Below are positions 1-9,535 of a stretch of 51,587 nucleotides of DNA, piece after piece (the first letter of the stretch is position 1; each line of letters starts with the position of its first letter). The notes beneath the pieces are model-generated. The model saw nothing but the letters and a program-made list of their open reading frames with translations, did not search any database and was not told the DNA's origin. The DNA is from Capsulimonadales bacterium (GTDB lineage Bacteria > Armatimonadota > Armatimonadia > Armatimonadales > Armatimonadaceae). The translations under genes were made by a program, and so were the position numbers. The stretch lies in contig JANRLW010000082.1 of assembly GCA_033762295.1 (NCBI GenBank), positions 1 through 51,587 on the forward strand, in the 5' to 3' direction.

Positions 1-42
1 GGCGGCGGCGGAATGCCCGGCGGCATGGGCGGCATGTACTAA
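1..42 (+). CDS. groEL: Chaperonin GroEL, 3' end only (partial)
   Basis: Frame 1 reads GGGGMPGGMGGMY-stop, the typical GGM-repeat GroEL tail, followed by a strong terminator. Confidence 0.85.
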   Translation, partial: GGGGMPGGMGGMY

Positions 43-105
43 ACCCGTCCTTCCCATACGGAACCCTGAAAAAGAGCGCAGGCAACTTGCCTGCGCTCTT
101 TTTCG
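19..105 (+). repeat. 87-bp direct repeat copy 1 (groEL 3' end plus terminator), att-like
   Basis: Identical to 1994..2080. Confidence 0.95.
68..104. terminator. Bidirectional intrinsic terminator after groEL
   Basis: Perfect 18-bp inverted repeat GAAAAAGAGCGCAGGCAA-C-TTGCCTGCGCTCTTTTTC with A and T tracts. Confidence 0.9.
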
Positions 106-218
106 TTGCCCTTGCCCGGTACGCTCTTCCGTGATAAATTACATCGTAGCATAGAATCATAATTTATCAATAATTTATAAACTCATTTTTGTATACCTTG
201 TTTCCGACAGGAGAGCTA

Positions 219-704
219 ATGTCGAACGTCCTTCCGAAGCCTGGAGGTGCCTCTCGTGGTTTTGCACCGATTCAGGAAAACCCGATCACGACCGCGACTC
301 TGGCGGTTCTCCTCCTCTTTGCATGTCGCCAGGTCTACCTGACTGCCCGTCCGTTCTGGCATCTTGACCTTCCCGGTTATCCGTCCGAAAAGATGGTGGA
401 AGCCTATGTGATCGCTCTACGTCCGGGTTGCAGTTGTGAAACGACGACGGAAGACTGGCTGACCGCGGGAACGACCCGGAGTAAGAACATGGCATTACTG
501 GGCGATGGACAGAGCTCACCCTTTCTCCAGTTGCGGTCGCGCTTTGAACGGAAGGGGGTCGCCTTCCTGCACTCTAACGAAAAGAACCTGAGCCGGCGTT
601 TGGCACCCTCCGGTCGAACCACCTTGAATGTGATTCGGCACGGCCGGATCGTTCAACAGGTGATCTTGCAAGACAACCTCCGTCCCGAAGGAGTGTTCCG
701 ATGA
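219..704 (+). CDS. Hypothetical membrane-anchored protein with PGCSC motif, possibly thioredoxin-like
   Basis: ATG at 219 after AGGAGAG; one hydrophobic N-terminal segment; CxC motif follows a hydrophobic strand. Confidence 0.6.
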   Translation: MSNVLPKPGGASRGFAPIQENPITTATLAVLLLFACRQVYLTARPFWHLDLPGYPSEKMVEAYVIALRPGCSCETTTEDWLTAGTTRSKNMALLGDGQSSPFLQLRSRFERKGVAFLHSNEKNLSRRLAPSGRTTLNVIRHGRIVQQVILQDNLRPEGVFR

Positions 705-1408
705 CCAAACGCGACAAACAACTGGTAACGGCGGCAGGCGTTCTCTTCGGTTTGACCTTTGCCCTCGTCCTGTATCGCTACCTGGAGTCCAAACGGCCCG
801 TACCGGTCTTCGATCCGATGATCATGACCCCCGAACGGGAGGCCAGGTTGGTCAACCGGTGTCGGTGGATGAAAGACAAACTGCGTCCCTGGGCCGAGAG
901 GAACGCCGATCTTTTGCGTACCATGCTCCGTGCCGCCCCTGAGGACATGGCCTCCCTCGATGCCGTTTGGAAGGAAATCCCCGCTCTTTCGGTGGCTCGT
1001 AACGGAAACGACAATGACCTCGTTCTTGAAAAGATCGATCTTCCGATGAAGGAGTTCGACAAACCGATTAAGTTCTTCTTCCTGTTGGTTTGGGATCGGG
1101 AGATGGCTCGAACCGACGATAGCGCGGTTCGAGGCGACCCGAATTATCAGGCGGACATGGCAAGAATATACGAGTTGCTCGGGAGACGAAAGGCGTTTTA
1201 CTGGAACAGATTCCGTGATCTTCCCTGGATCGAGACTATGGAAATTGGCCCCTATGAGTACACTCTGTGGGCCAGTGGCCGTATCACGCGACGTACTTAT
1301 CCGAAAGATTTTTCCGAGCGGTCCTCCAAAGCCAAATTTCGATTCAAGATAGACGAAGAGGTCATGGATTTCAAGGAGATGGAAGGACCGTACGACTTCC
1401 TTCGATGA
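701..1408 (+). CDS. Hypothetical protein with N-terminal transmembrane anchor
   Basis: 235 aa ORF; ATGA overlap with the upstream gene; AAGGAG RBS. Confidence 0.7.
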   Translation: MTKRDKQLVTAAGVLFGLTFALVLYRYLESKRPVPVFDPMIMTPEREARLVNRCRWMKDKLRPWAERNADLLRTMLRAAPEDMASLDAVWKEIPALSVARNGNDNDLVLEKIDLPMKEFDKPIKFFFLLVWDREMARTDDSAVRGDPNYQADMARIYELLGRRKAFYWNRFRDLPWIETMEIGPYEYTLWASGRITRRTYPKDFSERSSKAKFRFKIDEEVMDFKEMEGPYDFLR

Positions 1409-1472
1409 CCGCCGGTGCCCTCTTTCCGAGCGTTTCTCGTCAATCACAACGCAACCCTGGAGGTAGTTTTCG

Positions 1473-1928
1473 ATGAGTCGTTTGTTAGGATCGCTCAATG
1501 CATCCTTGTTCTTCGTTCTTGCCGTGATGGTGTTCGGCCTGACTCTCACCAATCAGGTGGTCTTCGGGGCAACGGTACTCGACCCCAAATCCACCATTTG
1601 CCCTGAAACCGAGGGGGACGATACCTGCAATCAGTCCCCCTGTACCAATGTGCTCAAACTTCCGGGAAGTATTGTCTGCGCCACACAATCGGGTGGCCCT
1701 CCCGGTTCGTCAGACCCGCCCGGTTGCTGTACGTACAGAACCTGGAAGGTTCAATGCCGCAAAAATGTTAATGGCATATACCTAACCTGCGGCATTAAAT
1801 ATTTCAGGGTGAAATCGACGTTCATGGCTCTGTCCGTGTGCACCGACGAACTGGATAAGAATGGTAATCCCCTTCACTGTAAATTCCTTGGTTCTGCAGG
1901 CAGGGCGAGCGGTCCCGTTCCCCGTTAA
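1473..1928 (+). CDS. Secreted cysteine-rich protein (10 Cys)
   Basis: GGAGGT RBS, signal-peptide-like N-terminus, 10 cysteines in the mature part. Confidence 0.7.
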   Translation: MSRLLGSLNASLFFVLAVMVFGLTLTNQVVFGATVLDPKSTICPETEGDDTCNQSPCTNVLKLPGSIVCATQSGGPPGSSDPPGCCTYRTWKVQCRKNVNGIYLTCGIKYFRVKSTFMALSVCTDELDKNGNPLHCKFLGSAGRASGPVPR

Positions 1929-1993
1929 CCGACGCGACAGACCGGGTCGGCGCAATTGGTTCGTCGCGCCGATCCTTCTTTACCCTCGCCGGA

Positions 1994-2080
1994 GGCGGCA
2001 TGGGCGGCATGTACTAAACCCGTCCTTCCCATACGGAACCCTGAAAAAGAGCGCAGGCAACTTGCCTGCGCTCTTTTTCG
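1994..2080 (+). repeat. 87-bp direct repeat copy 2 (groEL tail plus terminator at 2043..2079)
   Basis: Identical to 19..105. Confidence 0.95.
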
Positions 2081-2322
2081 CACCGAACCCGATACAATGG
2101 AGGGAGCAGGAAGTGCTCCACTTCTATCGGGGGGCGCTATACTTCACCGGTCCGTAGTTCCGCGTACGTCCGTTTCCAGCCGATGAGGAATGCTGAAATA
2201 TTATAGGTTGTCACTCGTTTTTTATAGATCGGAGGAAAGGAAAGGTCGATAAAATAATGTAGTTTTCATATCGACAAGGCAAGGAGTCTTTTCGGGCAAT
2301 TTCGGCTCGAAATTCGAACTCA

Positions 2323-5300
2323 ATGAAGCGATTCGTCCTACCAATCTCCGCCCTTCTTGGCGTCGCCCTGATCGTCGGCGTCAGTTTTGCCGGACCACCG
2401 ACGAAAAAAGCGTCGGTCCCCACCGTCGTCGCGCCGGATTTCAACCGCGAAGTCCGCCCGATCCTGGCCGATCACTGCCTCAAATGCCACGGCCCCGACG
2501 AAAACCACCGGAAAGGTGGCCTGCGCCTTGATCGATACGACGGAATCGTGGCCCGCCTCGGAAGCGGGAACGCGGCCCTGGACCGCGTCCACCCCGCTGA
2601 CAGCGAGTTATTGAAGCGTATTCGGGCCACCGACGACCTGCGGATGCCGCCCTCCCACACCAACAAACCGCTCTCCGACGCGCAGAAGGACGTGCTTCGA
2701 CGCTGGGTGCTGACCGGGGCAAAGTATGCGCCGCACTGGGCGTTCGTCACGCCCAAACGCGTGGTCCCACCCCCCGCCGGAGCCTGGGGCCGCAATCCGA
2801 TCGACGGGTTCGTGCTGGCCCGAATGAAAAAGGCGGGACTGTCGCCCGCGCCGGAAGCCGACCGTTACACCCTGATTCGACGTGTCTACCTGGACCTGAT
2901 CGGGCTGCCGCCCACACCCGAACAGGCCGATGCCTTCGTTCGCGATACACGCCCCGATGCCTACGAACGCATCGTCGATCAACTGCTTGGCAACCCTCAC
3001 TACGGCGAACGCTGGGCGCGACGCTGGCTCGACCTCGCCCGCTACTCCGATACCAACGGATACGAGAAGGACCGGCCCCGGTCGATCTACCCCTTCCGTG
3101 ACTGGGTCATCAAGGCTCTGAACGACGACCTGCCGTTCGACACGTTCACGATCAAACAGATCGCCGGTGACCTGCTGCCGAACGCCACCGTCGAGGATCG
3201 GATCGCGACCGGCTTCCATCGCAACACCATGCATAACGAGGAGGGCGGCAACGACCCCCTCGAGTATCGGTTTCATGCGATGACCGACCGTGTCGCCACC
3301 ACCGGTACCACCTGGCTCGGTCTCACCCTGAACTGCGCCCAGTGTCATACCCATAAATACGATCCGATTCCCCACCGGGAGTATTATCGGCTGATGGCGT
3401 TTCTCAATAACGCCAACGAAATCCCGATGGATATCCCGAAACCGGAGATTACCGCGAAACGCGCCGAACTCGAAGCCGAGATCGCGAAGCGTGAAGCCGA
3501 TCTGCCGAACCGATTTCCGGTGGCGATGCCGATCGAGTGGAAAACCGTCCGTGCGACGACCGTGACCAGCGCCGGGGGCGCGACCGCAACCGTGCAAACC
3601 GATGATTCCGTGTTGCTGAGCGGTGTGAACCCCGAGCGCGATACCTACACCATCGCCGTCCACAGCGAACCGAAACGGGTTTCGTTCCTGCGCCTCGAAA
3701 CCTTGACCGATCCCTCCCTCGGAGGTAAGGGACCGGGACGCACGGGACACGGAAATTTCGTCCTCAGCGAGATCACGGCCACGGTGACGTCGAAGGAGGG
3801 CGACGGCAAGGCGCGGCCGATCCGGTTCGTTCGCGCCGAGGCGGATGTCGCTCAGGACGGTTTTCCCGCGTCCGCGACCATCGACGGAAAACCGGACACC
3901 GGTTGGGCGGTCAGCGTTCCGGGTAAGCTCAATACCGATCATACGCTGACGCTGTACCCGGAGAAGACGATCGACCTCCCGGCAGGCGGCGTTCTGACAA
4001 TCACGCTGGCACAGAACTACGGCGGGCAGCATACTCTCGGGAAGTTCCGCGTACGCCTTGGCGAACCGGCGACGGATAACGACCCCCGCCCGATCGAGGA
4101 GCGACGGCGAGAGCGGTTCGACACCGCCTTCGCCGCCTGGAAAGCATCGCTGGAACCCGCAGCCGTGCGCTGGACGATCCTGAAACCGACCCGTGCCGCG
4201 GCCGATGTCCCGGTTCTGCGGATTCTGCCGGATGGTTCGGTGCTTTCCACCAGCGACATCACCAAGAAGGATATCTACCGCGTCGACTATGTCCGTCTGC
4301 CGAAGGCGATTACCGCTCTTCGGATCGAGGTTCTGCCCCACCCAGGTTTGCCGCGCGGCGGACCGGGACGGGTCTATTACGAAGGACAGCAGGGCGATTT
4401 CTGGTTCAACGAACTGACGGTCAAAGCGGACGGTCAGCCGGTCAAACTGAAAAAAGGCATCGCGACCTACGGCGATGGCAACGCCCTGACCGACGGACAG
4501 CCCGACTCCGGATGGTCGACCGGCGGGCAGACCGGCAAGCCGAACGCCGCCATCGTCGTCTTCGAAGGCCCGGTCACGACGACCCGGCTCTCCCTGGAGA
4601 TGCTGTTCGAACGCTACTACGCATCGAGCCTGGGTCGGTTCCGCATCTCCGTGACGGACGATCCGAAGGCGGGCGGGGTCGCGTTTCTCCCGGACACCGA
4701 GGACGCCCTTCTCACGCCGGAGGCACAGCGAACCCCGGCGCAAAAAGCGGCTCTCGTGCGCGCGTTCTGCGCGGTTGCGCCGGAGTTGAGCGGCGAACGC
4801 TCGGAGATCGAAACCCTGCGCGGCTCGCTGCCGAACTACCCGACGACCCTGGTTTTCGAGGAACGCCCCGCCGACAATATCCGCCCGACCAACCGGCACC
4901 ATCGCGGCGAGTTTCTTCAGCCGAAGGAACGTGTCACGCCCGGCGTCCTGAGTGTCCTCAACCCGTTGCCGCCCGACGTCCCGCTCAACCGGTTGACGTT
5001 CGCCCGATGGCTGGTTTCGCCCGGGAACCCGCTGACGGCGCGAGTGACCGTGAACCGGCAGTGGGCGGCGTTCTTCGGACGCGGGATCGTCCGGACGACC
5101 GAGGATTTCGGCTACCAGGGACAGCCGCCATCCCATCCGGAGTTGCTGGACTGGCTGGCCGTGGAGTTTATGAAACAGGGCTGGTCGCTGAAGAAACTGC
5201 ACCGTCTGATCGTGACATCGGCGACGTATCGTCAGTCCGGGGTTGCCACGGGTGCCAAACGGGCGAAGGACCCGGAGAATATTTTGCTTTCCTGGGCGCC

Positions 5301-5904
5301 GCCTCTGCGTCTGGAAGCGGAACTGGTCCGGGACACCACACTGGCGGCGAGCGGCCTGCTGAGCCGGAAGATTGGCGGGCCGAGCGTCTTCCCGCCGCAG
5401 CCGCCGGGCGTGACCACCGAGGGCGCGTACGGCCCATTGACCTGGACCGTGAGTCAGGGCGAGGACCGCTACCGGCGCGGATTGTATACGTTCAGCAAGC
5501 GCACCGCGCCGTACGCCATGTTCGCGACCTTCGACGCCCCGAGCGGCGAGGCGACCTGTCCGCGCCGTGAGGTTTCGAACACCCCGTTGCAGGCGCTCAC
5601 CCTGCTGAACGCCGAAGCGTTCGTCGAGGCCGCGCAGGCCCTTGGCAGGATGGTCGCCGCCCGTCCGGGTACGAGCGCGGAGAAGGCTGCCTATCTGTTC
5701 CGTCGGTGCGTGACCCGCCCGCCGCAACCTGAGGAACTCCGACGGATCGTCGCGTTTGAGGAGGCGCAGAAAGAGCGGTTGAAAGGCGGTTCCGACGCCC
5801 ATAAAATCGCGGGCGAGGGACCGGGCGACGCCGCCGAACGCGCGTCCTGGACCGTGCTTGCCCGTGCCCTGCTCAATATTGACGAAGCGATCGTTCGACG
5901 GTAG
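2323..5904 (+). CDS. PSD1 / planctomycete cytochrome c domain protein (DUF1549 + DUF1553)
   Basis: Signal peptide; CLKCH and CAQCH heme motifs; YGERWARRWLDLARY, PSHPELLDWLA and NTPLQALTLLN motifs. Confidence 0.93.
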   Translation: MKRFVLPISALLGVALIVGVSFAGPPTKKASVPTVVAPDFNREVRPILADHCLKCHGPDENHRKGGLRLDRYDGIVARLGSGNAALDRVHPADSELLKRIRATDDLRMPPSHTNKPLSDAQKDVLRRWVLTGAKYAPHWAFVTPKRVVPPPAGAWGRNPIDGFVLARMKKAGLSPAPEADRYTLIRRVYLDLIGLPPTPEQADAFVRDTRPDAYERIVDQLLGNPHYGERWARRWLDLARYSDTNGYEKDRPRSIYPFRDWVIKALNDDLPFDTFTIKQIAGDLLPNATVEDRIATGFHRNTMHNEEGGNDPLEYRFHAMTDRVATTGTTWLGLTLNCAQCHTHKYDPIPHREYYRLMAFLNNANEIPMDIPKPEITAKRAELEAEIAKREADLPNRFPVAMPIEWKTVRATTVTSAGGATATVQTDDSVLLSGVNPERDTYTIAVHSEPKRVSFLRLETLTDPSLGGKGPGRTGHGNFVLSEITATVTSKEGDGKARPIRFVRAEADVAQDGFPASATIDGKPDTGWAVSVPGKLNTDHTLTLYPEKTIDLPAGGVLTITLAQNYGGQHTLGKFRVRLGEPATDNDPRPIEERRRERFDTAFAAWKASLEPAAVRWTILKPTRAAADVPVLRILPDGSVLSTSDITKKDIYRVDYVRLPKAITALRIEVLPHPGLPRGGPGRVYYEGQQGDFWFNELTVKADGQPVKLKKGIATYGDGNALTDGQPDSGWSTGGQTGKPNAAIVVFEGPVTTTRLSLEMLFERYYASSLGRFRISVTDDPKAGGVAFLPDTEDALLTPEAQRTPAQKAALVRAFCAVAPELSGERSEIETLRGSLPNYPTTLVFEERPADNIRPTNRHHRGEFLQPKERVTPGVLSVLNPLPPDVPLNRLTFARWLVSPGNPLTARVTVNRQWAAFFGRGIVRTTEDFGYQGQPPSHPELLDWLAVEFMKQGWSLKKLHRLIVTSATYRQSGVATGAKRAKDPENILLSWAPPLRLEAELVRDTTLAASGLLSRKIGGPSVFPPQPPGVTTEGAYGPLTWTVSQGEDRYRRGLYTFSKRTAPYAMFATFDAPSGEATCPRREVSNTPLQALTLLNAEAFVEAAQALGRMVAARPGTSAEKAAYLFRRCVTRPPQPEELRRIVAFEEAQKERLKGGSDAHKIAGEGPGDAAERASWTVLARALLNIDEAIVRR

Positions 5905-5912
5905 GGCAGAAA

Positions 5913-6065
5913 GCCCCCTACCCCCCGCAAGCGGGGGAACTCAGTAGCCCGGCTCGACCGAGACACGGTTCGCGCCCCCTACCCCCCGCAAGCGGGGGAA
6001 CTCAGGGCAAACTCGGCGGATCGTCCTTCCTATCCGCCCCTACCCCTGCAGGCGAGGGAACGCAA
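5913..6065 (+). repeat. Left cluster of palindromic type A repeats GCCCCCTACCCCCCGCAAGCGGGGGAACTCAG: 5913..5944, 5974..6005, degenerate ~6035..6065
   Basis: Two identical 32-bp copies plus one degenerate copy, 60-61 bp period, unrelated 29-bp spacers. Confidence 0.9.
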
Positions 6066-6299
6066 GTGAGTAGGAAGAGTCGCGTTGGTATAGGAGGTGG
6101 ATAAAAGTGTTATCTTCTCCCGCCGATGACCGGAGGGAAGGAATTTGTCCGGACATGAGTACGGAAACGCATCCTGAAAAACGAGAACGGTTATACAGTG
6201 GGGCTATAAAAATCTAAAGGAATTCACAGGTCAAGATTTGGATTGGATACAGTCGAATCTATCTCAAATTGTCGGTTATGGTATTGGGGCCAGTACGTT

Positions 6300-6824
6300 A
6301 TGAGCGACCAAAAACCTTCGGAGCCGTGGCGTGGTAGCCGTTCGGATGGAAAACGCTGGCGTGGTGTTTCTGCGGAGTTGCAGGAGCGGGCACAGCAGTT
6401 GCGGTTGAATATGACGACCTCGGAAACCTTGCTATGGGAACAGTTGCGTCTACGGCGGCTTGATGGGTTACGCTTTCGTCGCCAGTACCCGCTGGAAACA
6501 TTTATACTGGATTTCTACTGTCCGGAACATCGCCTGGTGGTGGAAGTGGATGGTAGCATCCATAATTTGCCGGACGTCGCCGCCCACGATGCCGAACGTC
6601 AGGCGTATCTGGAACTAAAGGGATTTCGAGTGCTTCGCTTTACCAATACGGAAGTACAGGAAGATTTACCCTCCGTTTTGGCCCGAATTCGTCAGTCAGT
6701 GGCCCCCTACCCCCCGCAAGCGGGGGAACTCATTCAGTCCCTCGAAGTCGACCGGGAAGTACGGGACGTGCCGCACGCCGGGGTACAGGTGCCCTCCCCC
6801 CCGCAAGCGGGGGAACTCAGGTGA
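6300..6824 (+). CDS. DUF559 family endonuclease-like protein (Vsr-like restriction endonuclease fold)
   Basis: Motifs RAQQLRLNMTTSETLLWEQLR, FRRQYPLETFILDFYC, LVVEVDGSIH, HDAERQAYLELKGFRVLRFTN; ATG at 6300 preferred over TTG at 6243. Confidence 0.9.
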   Translation: MSDQKPSEPWRGSRSDGKRWRGVSAELQERAQQLRLNMTTSETLLWEQLRLRRLDGLRFRRQYPLETFILDFYCPEHRLVVEVDGSIHNLPDVAAHDAERQAYLELKGFRVLRFTNTEVQEDLPSVLARIRQSVAPYPPQAGELIQSLEVDREVRDVPHAGVQVPSPPQAGELR

Positions 6825-7026
6825 GTAGCGAAGCTCTGGTGTGTTTACAATAACCGAGATGCCTCTCCCCATATCTTCTCCCCCGCTTGCGGGGATCGGG
6901 GATTCCCAGGGCAGACGGACTCTATCTGATACTCTCTTCTCCCCCGCTTGCGGGGGCCGGGGGGCATCTTACGGACCGCCGATAATGCAGAGGTCTCTTC
7001 TCCCCCGCTTGCGGGGGCCGGGGGGC
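6702..7026. repeat. Right repeat cluster: two type A copies (6702..6732, 6791..6820) facing three inverted type B copies (~6872..6904, 6933..6965, 6994..7026)
   Basis: Type B is TCTCTTCTCCCCCGCTTGCGGGGGCCGGGGGGC; its reverse complement shares the CCCCCGCAAGCGGGGGA core with type A; B copies are exactly 61 bp apart. Confidence 0.9.
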
Positions 7027-7045
7027 CGATAAAAAGGAAAAAACT

Positions 7046-8512
<1,467 letters not shown>

Positions 8513-8519
8513 GGGAGCC

Positions 8520-9170
8520 ATGGACGTGACGACGGTTCGTGATCGAGAGAACGAGAGGAGCGACCGTCCGAGTATCCTCATTCTCGCCGGTCCGAACGGC
8601 GCGGGAAAAAGCACCGTGCAACCGTTTCTCGTCCCGTCGACCATGGCTTTCGTCAATGCCGACAACATCGCCCGCGACTTGCGAAGCGCAGGAGCAAGCA
8701 AGGGGGTGGCAACGGATATTGCGGCAGGGCGTCTATTGATCCGTGACATGGATCGTCTGACTGCGTTGCGAGAAAGTTTCTGCGTGGAGACAAATCTTGC
8801 CAACAGTGCGCTTGCTCAGCGCATCACAACATGGCGTGCTGTTGGTTATCGCGTGACCGTATACTATCTGTGGATACCATCCCCTGATCTTGCGGTCGCT
8901 CGTGTGGCACAGCGGGTCGCATCCGGAGGGCATGATATCCCTGAGGGGACCATTCGACGTCGTTATTACCTCGGCCTGCGGAACTTTTTTGAAGTCTATA
9001 TGCCCATTGCGGACCGATGGCGTCTTTACGATAGTTCAGGGTCAGGAGAGCCGCAGTTGATTGAATGGGGTACACGGCGCATTGTTGATGACGCTTTATG
9101 GCGGAACGTTCGTGCGATCGCTTTTACGAAAGGAGCTACGGATGATAGTACGGGAACCACTGGTATCTGA
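8520..9170 (+). CDS. Zeta-toxin-like P-loop ATPase/kinase (COG4185-like)
   Basis: GPNGAGKST Walker A; FVNADNIA; RVAQRVASGGHDIPEGTIRRRY. Confidence 0.85.
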   Translation: MDVTTVRDRENERSDRPSILILAGPNGAGKSTVQPFLVPSTMAFVNADNIARDLRSAGASKGVATDIAAGRLLIRDMDRLTALRESFCVETNLANSALAQRITTWRAVGYRVTVYYLWIPSPDLAVARVAQRVASGGHDIPEGTIRRRYYLGLRNFFEVYMPIADRWRLYDSSGSGEPQLIEWGTRRIVDDALWRNVRAIAFTKGATDDSTGTTGI

Positions 9171-9402
9171 GGATAATCTGCTGGGAGATACGGAAGAAGA
9201 TGGACGCCGCATCGATACCGCGCTGGCTCTCGGTGTCCGTGCCGCCCTGCGTCGCCATAAACAGAATAGGCAAGCTATCGTCGTCTGGGAGGACGGTAAG
9301 GTGAAGTGGATTCCGGCGGAGGAGATCGACGTCCCTGACGATGACTCGGACCTTCTCCGTGATTTGCATACCAACGGAGACGCTGCTCCTCCGACCGCGT
9401 GA
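9142..9402 (+). CDS. Small partner protein of the zeta-like ATPase (putative antitoxin)
   Basis: AAGGAG RBS before ATG 9142; overlaps the ATPase end; AALRRHK...IVVWEDGKVKWIPAEEI is typical of such partners. Confidence 0.7.
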   Translation: MIVREPLVSEDNLLGDTEEDGRRIDTALALGVRAALRRHKQNRQAIVVWEDGKVKWIPAEEIDVPDDDSDLLRDLHTNGDAAPPTA

Positions 9403-9535
9403 CCTCCGGGTCGTGACGTATCGCCTTTTCCCATTACCAGTTTTGCACGGGTTCGTGCCCATCCTTATCTGAAGCGTTCCTCGATTTTCGCAAAGTTAGG
9501 AGTAGTGTGTCACTGCTATATCGAGGCAATAACGA

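Larger units (their letters stand above)
106..1993. mobile_element. Putative genomic islet inserted at the groEL 3' end, no integrase gene inside
   Basis: Bounded by identical 87-bp repeats; three hypothetical genes; less GC-rich than core genes. Confidence 0.65.

Noticed and set aside
1994..2017. A second groEL gene ending at 2017
   Set aside because: Only the last seven codons match; the sequence upstream is not GroEL-like
2608..5802. 1064-aa minus-strand ORF
   Set aside because: Antisense shadow of the PSD1 gene caused by high-GC codon bias; no recognisable motifs
5948..5959. Short match of spacer 1 (GCCCGGCTCGACC) to the RND adaptor gene near 44244
   Set aside because: About 13 bp in very GC-rich DNA is expected by chance
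5913..7026. Calling the repeat clusters a bona fide CRISPR array
   Set aside because: Only 2-3 copies per run, two opposite orientations, copies inside a CDS and no cas genes in the window; kept as repeats and as a hypothesis
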